From Chthoniobacteraceae bacterium (GTDB lineage Bacteria > Verrucomicrobiota > Verrucomicrobiia > Chthoniobacterales > Chthoniobacteraceae), in the NCBI GenBank assembly GCA_031409335.1, contig JANNWY010000274.1:1-21430 (forward strand): DNA of 21,430 nucleotides, given 5' to 3'. Below, piece after piece: positions 7,458-16,466 of the stretch. Made by a program: the position numbers and the translations under genes. Every line of letters begins with the position of its first letter. Positions within the stretch are counted from its first letter, which is position 1. The notes under the pieces are model-generated. The model was given only the letters and a program-made list of their open reading frames with translations. It was not told the DNA's origin and made no database searches.

Positions 7458-9713
7458 CTAGCGCAGAGTTTCGAGGAACGCGATGAGGTCGGAAAATTCC
7501 GCGGGAGTGAGCAGCGTGTCGAGGCCGCCTGGCATGAGCGAAGCCGCGCCTTCGGTCATCGCGGTCACTTCCACGCGCGGGATGCGCACCTCGGTCGTCG
7601 CGCTGGTCGCGAGCGTGATCGTGTCCTGCGATTCATTTCGTAAAATGCCAAGGTGCTCGGCTCCCGCGCGCGTGCGGACGAGCAGCGGTTCGTAGCTGCG
7701 CACGTAGCTGCTGCCGGGAAATGCGATCGCTTCGATCAAATCGCGCGCGGTGCGGATGCCGCCGATCTTCGTAAGATCGGGGCCGAATGCGCCGCCTTCG
7801 CGCGCGACAGCATGGCAGGTGACGCAAAGCGCTTTTCCGCCGCGGAAGATTTCCGCGCCGCGTTTGGCATCGCCGTCCTTGGTGCGGGCGATGAGTTCAT
7901 CGACGCGCGCGAGTTGCAGCCGGCGCGCCTCCGGGTCCGGCGGTGCCGCGGGAGCGATTAGCGGCAGCGCGAGCGACATCGCGGGTTTTGGCAGGGCACG
8001 CATCGCGAGCGCGGTGCGGGAGACATCGCCCGCGAAGCCGGCTGCATCCGGCGTGAGCGCCGCGCTGTCGGCGATTTCGTAGAGCGCGTATGCGGCGGAG
8101 TGAAACGCGAACCGGTCCGGTGCCTTCGCCGCGAGGATCGGAGCGACCGCACTTTTATCGCCAATGCGGCCGAGCGCCTCGGTCGCGGCGCGGCGCAGAT
8201 GCGCGTCCCCGCTTGCGAGCAGACGTACGAGTTCCGGCTTCGCCGCGCGGTCGCGCCACAGTCCGGCCCCGTGCGCGGCGAGCGTTTGAATACCGCTGTC
8301 TTTTTCACTCAGAGCGGTGCGAATCGCTCCGCGCGCGTCCGCGCTGTCGATGCGGATCAGGCCCCACAATGCGCCGAGCCGCGGCGCGGGATCACCCGCG
8401 GCTTTCACCCTTTCCACAAGCGCGGTTGACTCGCTGTTTTTCACGAGTTGCGCGAGCGCGCGGGCCGCGACTTCGTGGCGTGGATCGGCGAGGCGCGCGA
8501 TCAAATCCGCTGCCGGAACATCCTTCCACGCGAGCCCTGCGCCGCGCGCGTCGGCGACCGGCGGCGCGTCCTTTTTCCGCACGCGATAGATCGCGCCGAG
8601 CACTTCGGGCTTTTCCGATTTTGAAGTCGGGCAACACAGTTTGTACCAGCCGCCGGTGTCCGCGATGAGCACGCTGCCGTCCGCATCTTCCACCACATCG
8701 GTCGGGTGAAAATCCGCCTGGTCGCTGACCACAAAATCGCGATCGCCGGTGCGAAATGTCGCGCCATCCCCGGCGAGCGCGTGGCGTGAAATCTTGCGCA
8801 TGTTGAACTGCGTGCAGAGCAATTCGCCACGCAGCCCGAGCGCATCGCTGCGCAGCATTTCCAGCCCGCTCGCTGCCGCCGGGCCGAGGTGCGTCATCAC
8901 CGGCAGCAAGTCGCCCGTGCGCGCGTGGCCCTGGAGCACGTCGTGATCTTTCCCCCACACGCCGCCGTGGACTGCGTGCAAAATCCCATCGCGCTGGCCG
9001 CCGCCGGGATTCACAAAAAATGTGCCGCAGAGAAACCGTTCGCCAGTTGGCGAGAAGACCACATCGACCGGGTTGTCCATCCCACCCGTGATCACGACTT
9101 CACGCCCGCTGCCATCGGGTCGGGCGCGGAAAAGATGCGACGCGCGGGTGATGAAATCGCGACCGTCCGCGAGCCGGTGACGCTGCTCGGCGAACGCGCC
9201 TTTGCACCAATAGATGAACCCATCCGGCCCCGCATACGGCCCGTGCAGATCGTTCGCGCAGCCAGTCAGCGTCACCCCGTCAAACCAGACCTCGCGCTTC
9301 TCCGCGACGCCGTTCGCATCCGCATCGGTGAATTTCCAGATGACCGGCGGCGCGGCGACATAGAGCGAGCCTTCCAGCCACATCGTGCCTTCGGGAAAAG
9401 GCAGCTTGTCGGCAAACACCGTGCGCTCATCGAAGCGTCCGTCGCCGTCCTTGTCCACGAGGCGCACGACGCGGTGCGTGGGATTCTTGACCTGCTCATC
9501 CGGCTTCGCATTCGAGCCCGAGCTATCGGTGACGTAAAGCGCGCCGGACTCGTCGAAAGCCATATTGATCGGCCGATCCACCATCGGTGCGCCAGCCACC
9601 TGCTCGATGACGAACCCGTCCGGCACGGTGAAAGTATGGATGCCCAACTTAGTCTCCGCTGCGAAGGCGACGGTGGACGCGGCGAGGAGGACGAGGATGG
9701 ATTTTGAACGCAT
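7458..9713 (-). CDS. PVC-type heme-binding CxxCH protein (membrane-bound dehydrogenase-like propeller, HEAT repeats, cytochrome c domain)
   Basis: FTVPDGFVIEQVA..P...RPINMAFD start, D-x-DGDG motifs, FHPTDV..DADGS, HEAT-like helices, CVTCH (7812-7826) followed by GPDLTKIG and SLMPGGL. Confidence 0.88.
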   Translation of the reverse strand: MRSKSILVLLAASTVAFAAETKLGIHTFTVPDGFVIEQVAGAPMVDRPINMAFDESGALYVTDSSGSNAKPDEQVKNPTHRVVRLVDKDGDGRFDERTVFADKLPFPEGTMWLEGSLYVAAPPVIWKFTDADANGVAEKREVWFDGVTLTGCANDLHGPYAGPDGFIYWCKGAFAEQRHRLADGRDFITRASHLFRARPDGSGREVVITGGMDNPVDVVFSPTGERFLCGTFFVNPGGGQRDGILHAVHGGVWGKDHDVLQGHARTGDLLPVMTHLGPAAASGLEMLRSDALGLRGELLCTQFNMRKISRHALAGDGATFRTGDRDFVVSDQADFHPTDVVEDADGSVLIADTGGWYKLCCPTSKSEKPEVLGAIYRVRKKDAPPVADARGAGLAWKDVPAADLIARLADPRHEVAARALAQLVKNSESTALVERVKAAGDPAPRLGALWGLIRIDSADARGAIRTALSEKDSGIQTLAAHGAGLWRDRAAKPELVRLLASGDAHLRRAATEALGRIGDKSAVAPILAAKAPDRFAFHSAAYALYEIADSAALTPDAAGFAGDVSRTALAMRALPKPAMSLALPLIAPAAPPDPEARRLQLARVDELIARTKDGDAKRGAEIFRGGKALCVTCHAVAREGGAFGPDLTKIGGIRTARDLIEAIAFPGSSYVRSYEPLLVRTRAGAEHLGILRNESQDTITLATSATTEVRIPRVEVTAMTEGAASLMPGGLDTLLTPAEFSDLIAFLETLR

Positions 9714-9992
9714 GCGTTGAAGAGTGAAGATGAGTCTGAAACGCCACCCGGCGGCAGGAGCGAGCGCTTTCCCGCAGACACTCGCCTTTCTCGCATCGCT
9801 TGGAAAAACAATTCCACCGATGCCTCCCGAACTACGAACGCAGGCTTGCTGCCGCAGCGGGAACTCCGCTAAAAGGCTCTCGCGATGCGGACAAACCTGC
9901 TGCCGTCACCCCCAAGCCGACGCCTCGGCCAAAAGCGGGACACGCCTCCCGGCGCGATCGACCGTGCCGAAGACTCGCGACAAGCCCGCATC

Positions 9993-10841
9993 ATGGACTG
10001 GTCGGCTCTGGAAACGCGGCTGATCCGAATCGGCGAAGCCAGCACTGGGCGCGATCAGGTTTCTGGTTTGTGCGACGTTCAACATTTTCGGGCATGGCTG
10101 GTTTGCAGGGAAGATGAGGCCCTCGACCACGATCTGGACCGGCTGGTTGCGGCGGATTGGGTGATCGCGACGCCGGGCCGTGCGGACGGCGCGCTTGCGC
10201 CGGGAGCGGGAAGCCTGCTGCTCACTTTCGACGCCACTTGGCCGAATGGGGAAAGTCTATTCGACGAAGCCGTGATCCGGTCGTTTTCCGCCGAACCGCA
10301 TCCGCAAATGGAAGCGGCGGCCCTCGCTCTGCTCTGCTTCGTGCGGAAATACCTGCCCGACTCCGGGAAGACCGTGCCAAACTCATTGGCGGATATTCAT
10401 ATCTATACGGGACTCAAACAGCGGTTCGACGCCTGGCTTGCGGCATTCCTCACCAGCATGATGGATGAAGGCGCGGAACCCACCCGGCTGGGTATTTCCG
10501 ACCAGCGAATTCAACGCGCCCTGCGGCTGCTGGATTCATGGCCGCTGGAGGTGCCGCTCGATCGGCAGCGCGTCGCGAATGAGGCTGGCATCACGGTCCC
10601 GCATCTCGCCAGGCTTTTTAACACTCAGCTTCAACGTACCCCGAGCCGCTATTTCGACAGCCGTCGCATCGCGCACGCGCGCCGGAGTCTTTGCGAGACG
10701 GAAATCACGATCAAGGCGATCGCATCCGCGCTGGGCTTTCATTCCGAGGCGCACTTTTCCCATTGGTTCAAGCAACACCAAGGGTCCTGCCCGCGGAGTT
10801 TCCGGCAGACCCACGTACGACAGGATAGCCAGACGGGGTAA
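9993..10841 (+). CDS. AraC/XylS family transcriptional regulator
   Basis: C-terminal double HTH: VANEAGITVPHLARLF...RRIAHARRSL...IKAIASALGFHSEAHFSHWFKQHQGSCPRSFR. Start uncertain (9885 or 9993). Confidence 0.88.
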   Translation: MDWSALETRLIRIGEASTGRDQVSGLCDVQHFRAWLVCREDEALDHDLDRLVAADWVIATPGRADGALAPGAGSLLLTFDATWPNGESLFDEAVIRSFSAEPHPQMEAAALALLCFVRKYLPDSGKTVPNSLADIHIYTGLKQRFDAWLAAFLTSMMDEGAEPTRLGISDQRIQRALRLLDSWPLEVPLDRQRVANEAGITVPHLARLFNTQLQRTPSRYFDSRRIAHARRSLCETEITIKAIASALGFHSEAHFSHWFKQHQGSCPRSFRQTHVRQDSQTG

Positions 10842-10856
10842 GCGGCCGCGGACGGA

Positions 10857-10893
10857 TGTGAAGAATCGGCAACTTTTTGTTCCTTTTGAGCAA
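10857..10893 (+). promoter_or_regulatory. Candidate AraC-family tandem binding site
   Basis: TGTgaagaatcgGCAA (10857-10872) and TGTtccttttgaGCAA (10878-10893): TGT-N9-GCAA repeated at a 21-bp period upstream of the 11046 gene. Confidence 0.45.
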
Positions 10894-11045
10894 GCGAAGG
10901 AGCTTCGCATCGCGCCGCGTCGGGAGTTATTCAATGTAACAAAACCAAGCCATTCTTTCCGAGCCTCCCAGCCGCGAGCCGACCTTCATGATTTGTCCGC
11001 TCGAAACTGGAGTTCGCCAGTTGGCGCAACAAAAAAGATAGAACC

Positions 11046-12095
11046 ATGAAAGCAAAAAACTCGGTCATTTGGACGAAGTTTTCCGCAGCTCTCCGACGTT
11101 CGGCGGTCTGCGCAATCGCGTTATTCGCAGTGCTGCAGGGAGCGACGGCGCTCGCACAAGTGCAGATCACGGGAAGCCTCGGAAACTTCGATGTGCGTTA
11201 CCCGGCCAGTCTCCCGAACGATCTCGAAGTGGTCATCTATGGTGACTTCCCCACCTCCGCGACTGGAGCACCGTCCTGTGTCATCGGCACATGGAACACG
11301 AACATCCTCCTGTCATACCAAGGCAGCCCGCCAGCCGGTGCCCAATGGGGTCCGGCGGCAACCATCACCCAAAGTGTCGGGAACGATCCGAATTCACCGG
11401 GCTTTGGTCTGGATTGCATCACGATCCGGTGGGCCGGCCCGGCGCGACCCAATTTGGTGGGCAGGATGATCCATTTCGGCGTCCACTTGCGGCCCGGTTG
11501 CGTCGTTCAACACCAGGAAGTGTGGTGGACGATCAATGGCCAGCGAGTCCACCGCCCGTGCGATCCGCACATTACTTGGTTTTGCACGACGAGGGGCTGG
11601 ACCATCTGCATCGGCAACCCGACTCCGTTGCCGATCTACGTCTATGGGTGCCGCCACTTCACCCCTGCTCCCACGGTGTTGCTCCCGAATTTGAACCAAC
11701 TGAACCTCGGCATGAACCCGGCGCAATTTGGAGCGCCTGCATGGACGCCCATCCAGCTTCCCGGCGGTCGGGTGACGTGCATTCCGCCGTGGTGTCGCAT
11801 CTATGTCCGCGTGTTCACCACCACATGGCGTCCGATTATCTTCCAGATCGCCGCGCGCAATGTGTCGGATGAGCAGTTCCCATTGCAGCCGGCCCCAGAT
11901 GGCGGTCCGAATCCAAATGATTTCGAGCCGACTCCGACTGGTGACATGGGAACCATGTTTATCACGACCACACGTGCGACCCAGGAATTCCGCGAGGATA
12001 TCACAGGCGATGGAGTCGTCGGCCAGCCCGACTTCAACATGCTGCGCAGCCGCTTCGGGACACAAAGTCAGGACATAAATCCGGGGCCTCAATAG
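11046..12095 (+). CDS. Secreted Cys/Pro/Trp-rich protein with a C-terminal dockerin-like Ca2+-binding motif
   Basis: Signal peptide ending ATALA-Q; nine Cys in the mature region; C-terminal EDITGDGVVGQPDFNMLRSRFG. Confidence 0.75.
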   Translation: MKAKNSVIWTKFSAALRRSAVCAIALFAVLQGATALAQVQITGSLGNFDVRYPASLPNDLEVVIYGDFPTSATGAPSCVIGTWNTNILLSYQGSPPAGAQWGPAATITQSVGNDPNSPGFGLDCITIRWAGPARPNLVGRMIHFGVHLRPGCVVQHQEVWWTINGQRVHRPCDPHITWFCTTRGWTICIGNPTPLPIYVYGCRHFTPAPTVLLPNLNQLNLGMNPAQFGAPAWTPIQLPGGRVTCIPPWCRIYVRVFTTTWRPIIFQIAARNVSDEQFPLQPAPDGGPNPNDFEPTPTGDMGTMFITTTRATQEFREDITGDGVVGQPDFNMLRSRFGTQSQDINPGPQ

Positions 12096-12125
12096 GCACG
12101 GTCGAACCCATCAACCCCAAAACAA

Positions 12126-12773
12126 ATGAAGAAACGTATGAAACATCGAAGACTACCGAAGATCATCCTTGGACTCACCGCCATGTTCGGTGGTCTGGCC
12201 ACCCTGCCAGCCGCTGTCATGGTCGAGGTGGACATGGACGATATCACGCCGGGAATCCAGAGCACCCGCTCGTCGTCCTCTCCGTTCACGGCCACCCTGT
12301 GGATGACTGCGGATGCTTCCGGAGTCTCGTCTTACGCCGTCTCCGTGCTGTTTGATAACACGGAACTCATGCTCGACGGGGGCTCTGCGGCGACCGAGTT
12401 CCTGCCAGCAGGCTTCGCGTTCAACTTCTCGATTGGAGTTGCCAGTGAATCCAACGGGATCACACCCAACTCACCGGCCGGAAGTGTCAATAGTTTCGAG
12501 GCCGCCACGTTTGGACCTGGTCCGGTCAGCAGCCTCTTCCCGATTGGCACGATCAAGTTCAAGGTGCTGTCGGTGGTTGATGACGGGAGTCCCGATGTCA
12601 GCATCGGCCTGTTCAACGGGGGCGTTGATGGCATCTCCGACAGTGTCGGTGGCGATCTCGCTCCCACGGCGATTTACGTTGCCGGTCGCGTAGTGCCGGA
12701 GCCCGGCAGCGTCGCACTTCTCCTCGCGGGAGCAGGCGCGCTGTCGCTCAGAAGGCGCAACCGGACGACATAG
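12126..12773 (+). CDS. PEP-CTERM sorted surface protein with a cohesin-like beta-sandwich
   Basis: Signal peptide; C-terminal VPEPGSVALLLAGAGALSLRRRNR. The body has a cohesin-like pattern FTATLWM...VSSYAVSVLFDNTEL...IGTIKFKVL. Confidence 0.82.
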   Translation: MKKRMKHRRLPKIILGLTAMFGGLATLPAAVMVEVDMDDITPGIQSTRSSSSPFTATLWMTADASGVSSYAVSVLFDNTELMLDGGSAATEFLPAGFAFNFSIGVASESNGITPNSPAGSVNSFEAATFGPGPVSSLFPIGTIKFKVLSVVDDGSPDVSIGLFNGGVDGISDSVGGDLAPTAIYVAGRVVPEPGSVALLLAGAGALSLRRRNRTT

Positions 12774-12803
12774 GCGCGGTTCAGTCCAAATAATGCAAAA
12801 GAG

Positions 12804-12843
12804 ACTTCCGGCCCGTCACCGCGGGCCGGAAGTTTTCTTTTTT
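12804..12843 (+). terminator. Rho-independent terminator, possibly bidirectional
   Basis: 12-bp stem ACTTCCGGCCCG/CGGGCCGGAAGT with a 6-nt loop, followed by a T-rich tract and preceded by an A-rich tract. Confidence 0.85.
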
Positions 12844-12897
12844 CAGGGCACACTCTACCGGCGTGGGTGCCCGAAAGGCTGGCGACGTAATTGAAAC

Positions 12898-14937
12898 ATG
12901 AAAACTATCCGACTTATTGCGCTGATTGTTTGGACTTTTGGTGACTTCACCCACTTATCCGCCACGCAAAGTATCGCCCGCATCTGGGATGAGCAGATTC
13001 TCGCGGCCATCCGCATTGACCGGCCCAATCCGCCCGTCCATGCGCGCAATCTCTTCAACTTGTCGGTCGCGATGTATGATGCCTGGGCGGCTTACGATAC
13101 GATGGCGGTGGGTTATCTTTTCCGGGAAAAACACACTGCCGCCGATATCGCAGTAGCGCGGCGGGAAGCGATCAGCTACGCGGCTTACCGGATCCTGAGA
13201 GAACGTTACGCGCTTTCTTTCAACGCGAACGCCACACTAGCCACGCTGGATGCGCAGATGGCGGCGCTGGGCTATGACAAGAACAACCTCTCGATGGACA
13301 CCGCCACTCCCGCAGGCTTGGGCAATAGCGTCTTCGCCATGGTGTCCGCCTGGTTCCTCAACGATGGCGCGCGGCAGGCGCAGGCTTATGCCGATTACCC
13401 CGTCGGCTCGGGTGGCTACGTCTCGGTGAATCCCTACCTTGTCACCGGCATCTCCGGGACGAACGCCGTGGACGTGAACCGCTGGCAGCCACTGGCGATC
13501 GCGAACTCGGTCAGTCAAAACGGCATCCCGAACGGGCCGCTGCAATCCTATGTCGGCGCGCAATGGCTGGGCGTGCGGCCTTTCGCGCTGGCGCGCACCG
13601 ATGCGTCGCAGCCGTGGATCGATCCAGGTCCGCAGCCGCGTCTCGGCGGGGTGGGCGATGCGCAGTTTCGCAGTGAAGTGGTGGACGTGATCCGGCGCAG
13701 CAGCGAATTGACGCCGGACGATGGCGTGATGCTCGATATTTCGCCGGGCGCCTTTGGCAATAGCACACTCGGCACGAACGATGGCACCGGGCATCCGCTG
13801 AATCCCGCGACCGGTCAGCCTTACGCGACAAATGTCGTGAAGCGCGGCGATTTCACGCGGGTGCTCGCCGAATTCTGGGCCGACGGACCCAGCTCCGAGA
13901 CGCCGCCTGGACATTGGAACACGATCGCGAACGAGGTGAGCGACCATCCCTCCTTCATAAAACGCCTTGGCGGGACGGGCCCGGTGCTCGACGACCTCGA
14001 GTGGGATGTGAAGTTGTATTTCAGCCTCAACGCCGCGGTGCATGAAGCCGCCTGCGCCGCGTGGTCGATCAAACGTTTCTACGACGGCGGACGCCCGATC
14101 GCTTTCATCCGCTACATGGGTCAGATCGGTCAATCCACCCAGACCGCCGGCCCGTCGTACCACCCCGATGGCCTGCCGCTCGTGCCCGGCCTCATCGAAG
14201 TCGTGACCACTGCCACCGCGCAGCCCGGCGAGCGCCATGCCAATCTCCCCGTCGGCGGGATCGCGATCCTGGCGTGGCCCGGCCAGCCGGCAAACCCGGT
14301 CACCCAGCACAGCGGCGTGCGCTGGATACTTGCCTGGAACTGGTTGCCCTTTCAAAAAGCGTCGTTCGTCACGCCAGCCTTCCCCGGCTACATCTCGGGC
14401 CACAGCACCTTCAGCCGCGCGGCCGCGGAAGTGCTAACCGCTATCACTGGCTCGCCATTTTTTCCCGGCGGAATCGGCACCCACACCGCTCCCGCTGGCA
14501 CGACACTTACCTTTGAGAATGGCCCGAGCCAGAACGTCGAGTTGCAGTGGGGCACCTACTACGACGCCGCCGATCAGGCCGGGCTCTCGCGACTCTGGGG
14601 CGGCATCCATGTCTCGGTGGATGACGTGACCGGACGCCGCGTGGGCTCGCAATGCGGCCTGGGCGCATGGGCGCTGGCGCGCAAGTATTTTGACGGCTCG
14701 GTGCTGCAAACGCCGCCAACCCTGACCATCCGCCAGGCGAGTGCCGGCCAGTGCGAACTGCGGTTCACGACGATCCGGGGACTATTCTACAAGGTGCAAT
14801 CCACTCCCGACTTGAGCCAGAGCTTCATGGATGAGCCCGGCGGCTTTAGCCAGGCGCTCGATGGCTACGCGACGGTGAACGACGGGATCGCAGGCGCGCA
14901 GAAATTCTACCGCGCGGTCGGCGCACTCGCGCCGTGA
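12898..14937 (+). CDS. Secreted vanadium-dependent haloperoxidase-family protein
   Basis: Vanadate-site motifs KRFYDGGRP, PAFPGYISGHSTF and SRLWGGIH; N-terminal ARIWDEQILAAIRIDRPNPPVHARNLF; FWADGP.SETPPGHW; C-terminal YKVQSTPDL...KFYRA domain. Confidence 0.88.
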   Translation: MKTIRLIALIVWTFGDFTHLSATQSIARIWDEQILAAIRIDRPNPPVHARNLFNLSVAMYDAWAAYDTMAVGYLFREKHTAADIAVARREAISYAAYRILRERYALSFNANATLATLDAQMAALGYDKNNLSMDTATPAGLGNSVFAMVSAWFLNDGARQAQAYADYPVGSGGYVSVNPYLVTGISGTNAVDVNRWQPLAIANSVSQNGIPNGPLQSYVGAQWLGVRPFALARTDASQPWIDPGPQPRLGGVGDAQFRSEVVDVIRRSSELTPDDGVMLDISPGAFGNSTLGTNDGTGHPLNPATGQPYATNVVKRGDFTRVLAEFWADGPSSETPPGHWNTIANEVSDHPSFIKRLGGTGPVLDDLEWDVKLYFSLNAAVHEAACAAWSIKRFYDGGRPIAFIRYMGQIGQSTQTAGPSYHPDGLPLVPGLIEVVTTATAQPGERHANLPVGGIAILAWPGQPANPVTQHSGVRWILAWNWLPFQKASFVTPAFPGYISGHSTFSRAAAEVLTAITGSPFFPGGIGTHTAPAGTTLTFENGPSQNVELQWGTYYDAADQAGLSRLWGGIHVSVDDVTGRRVGSQCGLGAWALARKYFDGSVLQTPPTLTIRQASAGQCELRFTTIRGLFYKVQSTPDLSQSFMDEPGGFSQALDGYATVNDGIAGAQKFYRAVGALAP

Positions 14938-15728
14938 TGCGGCAGCTCGCGCGTGGCGAGCAAGTCGCAGAGTCCGCGCTTTCCGGCTGCGCCCACGAAA
15001 TCCCAAAAGGCGCGGCCTTCCTCTGACCATGAGCGTTCCCGCGCAGCGGCGATGGCTTGCGCAACGTTCATCCGGCTGCGGTAGAGCAATGCGAACGCAG
15101 CTTTGATTTCGGCGCGCTGGCTGGCGTCGAGGCCGGCGCGGCGGAGGCCGACGGTGTTCAGGCCAGCGATGCCATTGCGCTCGGCGGCCATGGTGAAGGG
15201 CGGGATGTCTTTGCCAAAGCCGGATGCGCCCTGGCAGATGGCGAGCCGACCGATGCGGACGTGCTGGTGAAAGACGCAGCCGCCGCCGATGAAGACGCGA
15301 TCTTCGACGACGACGTGGCCGCCGAGCAGCGCGTTGTTCGCGATGACGACGTGGCTGCCGAGGCGTGCATTGTGGCCGAGATGCACGCCGACCATGAGGA
15401 AACACTGATCGCCGACGACGGTGGCACTGCCTTCCGCGGTGCCGCGGTGAATGGTGGCGTATTCGCGGATGCGATTGTCGCTGCCGATTTCGACGCGGCT
15501 GTGCGTGCTTTTTTTGAATGCGAAATCCTGCGGATCACCGCCGATGATCGCGCCGTGGCCGATCTCGTTGCGCTCTCCCATGATGACGTGCGCGCCGATG
15601 ACGGCGTGGGCGTGGATGACACAGCCGGCGCCGATGCGCGCGGCTCCTTCGATGACGGCGTGCGGACCGATCTCGATGTCTTCGGCGAGGATCGCGTCGG
15701 GATGGATGACGGCGGTGGGATGCTTCAC
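14907..15728 (-). CDS. lpxA: Acyl-ACP--UDP-N-acetylglucosamine O-acyltransferase
   Basis: Hexapeptide repeats, GGDPQDF, IREYATIHRGT, HLGHN, LGGHV, HQHVRIG and GLNTVGLRR motifs. Confidence 0.93.
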   Translation of the reverse strand: MKHPTAVIHPDAILAEDIEIGPHAVIEGAARIGAGCVIHAHAVIGAHVIMGERNEIGHGAIIGGDPQDFAFKKSTHSRVEIGSDNRIREYATIHRGTAEGSATVVGDQCFLMVGVHLGHNARLGSHVVIANNALLGGHVVVEDRVFIGGGCVFHQHVRIGRLAICQGASGFGKDIPPFTMAAERNGIAGLNTVGLRRAGLDASQRAEIKAAFALLYRSRMNVAQAIAAARERSWSEEGRAFWDFVGAAGKRGLCDLLATRELPHHGASAPTAR

Positions 15729-15741
15729 GATGCGCGAGATT

Positions 15742-16440
15742 TCACTGCATCATACCCGCTTCGAGGAAGCTGAAATACGGGAGCCGTCCCGGCATCGGCG
15801 CGCCGATGATGACGTGATCGACCATGTTGATCTGCATCAGCTTGGCGGCGTCGATCAGCTTGCGCGTGAGGCGGCGGTCGGCCTCGCTCGGCGTGGGATC
15901 GCCGGACGGGTGATTGTGGACGAGCACGAATGCGTAAGCAGCGTGGATCAGCGCGGGGCGCAGAATCTCGCGCGGGTGCGCGGTCGTTTCATTCAGCGAG
16001 CCGAGGGAGATTTCCTCGACGCGGATGAGGTGATGTTTGGTGTCGAGGAGGACGGCGCGAAGCGACTCGCGTTCGAGCGTGCGCATCTCGGCACCGAGCA
16101 TGGCGTGGATCAATTCCGGGCGATCCATCGGCTGCGCGGCGATGGTTTCAAAAGCGAGGCGCTGGCCGAGGCCGAACGCGGCAGCGAGCTGCACGGCTTT
16201 GGCGAGGCCAACGCCTTTGATCTTCGCGATCTCGGCGACGCTGCATCGCGCGAGTGCGGCGAGCGATCCGTATTTCACGAGAATCAGGCGCGCGAGTTCG
16301 ACGGCGTTCACGCCTTTCATCCCGACGCGCAGCAGGATCGCGATGAGTTCGGCCTCGCTGAGGGCGGCAGCGCCGAGCCGCGCGAGTTTTTCCCGGGGAC
16401 GATCCCCTTCCGGCAGCTCCTGGATGGTAAAGGAACTCAT
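15742..16440 (-). CDS. radC: RadC/UPF0758 JAB-domain protein
   Basis: RPREKL...LSEAELIAILL, helix-hairpin-helix KGVGLAKA, HPREI, HNHPSGDPTPSEAD and DHVIIG motifs. Confidence 0.95.
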   Translation of the reverse strand: MSSFTIQELPEGDRPREKLARLGAAALSEAELIAILLRVGMKGVNAVELARLILVKYGSLAALARCSVAEIAKIKGVGLAKAVQLAAAFGLGQRLAFETIAAQPMDRPELIHAMLGAEMRTLERESLRAVLLDTKHHLIRVEEISLGSLNETTAHPREILRPALIHAAYAFVLVHNHPSGDPTPSEADRRLTRKLIDAAKLMQINMVDHVIIGAPMPGRLPYFSFLEAGMMQ

Positions 16441-16466
16441 GCGCCGGGGGACCGCCAGGCCATCGC

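Noticed and set aside
13237..14403. 388-aa minus-strand ORF
   Set aside because: Antisense to the well-supported haloperoxidase.
15742..16440. radC as a marker of a mobile element
   Set aside because: It is the full-length chromosomal form with the N-terminal HhH region, intact and within a housekeeping operon.
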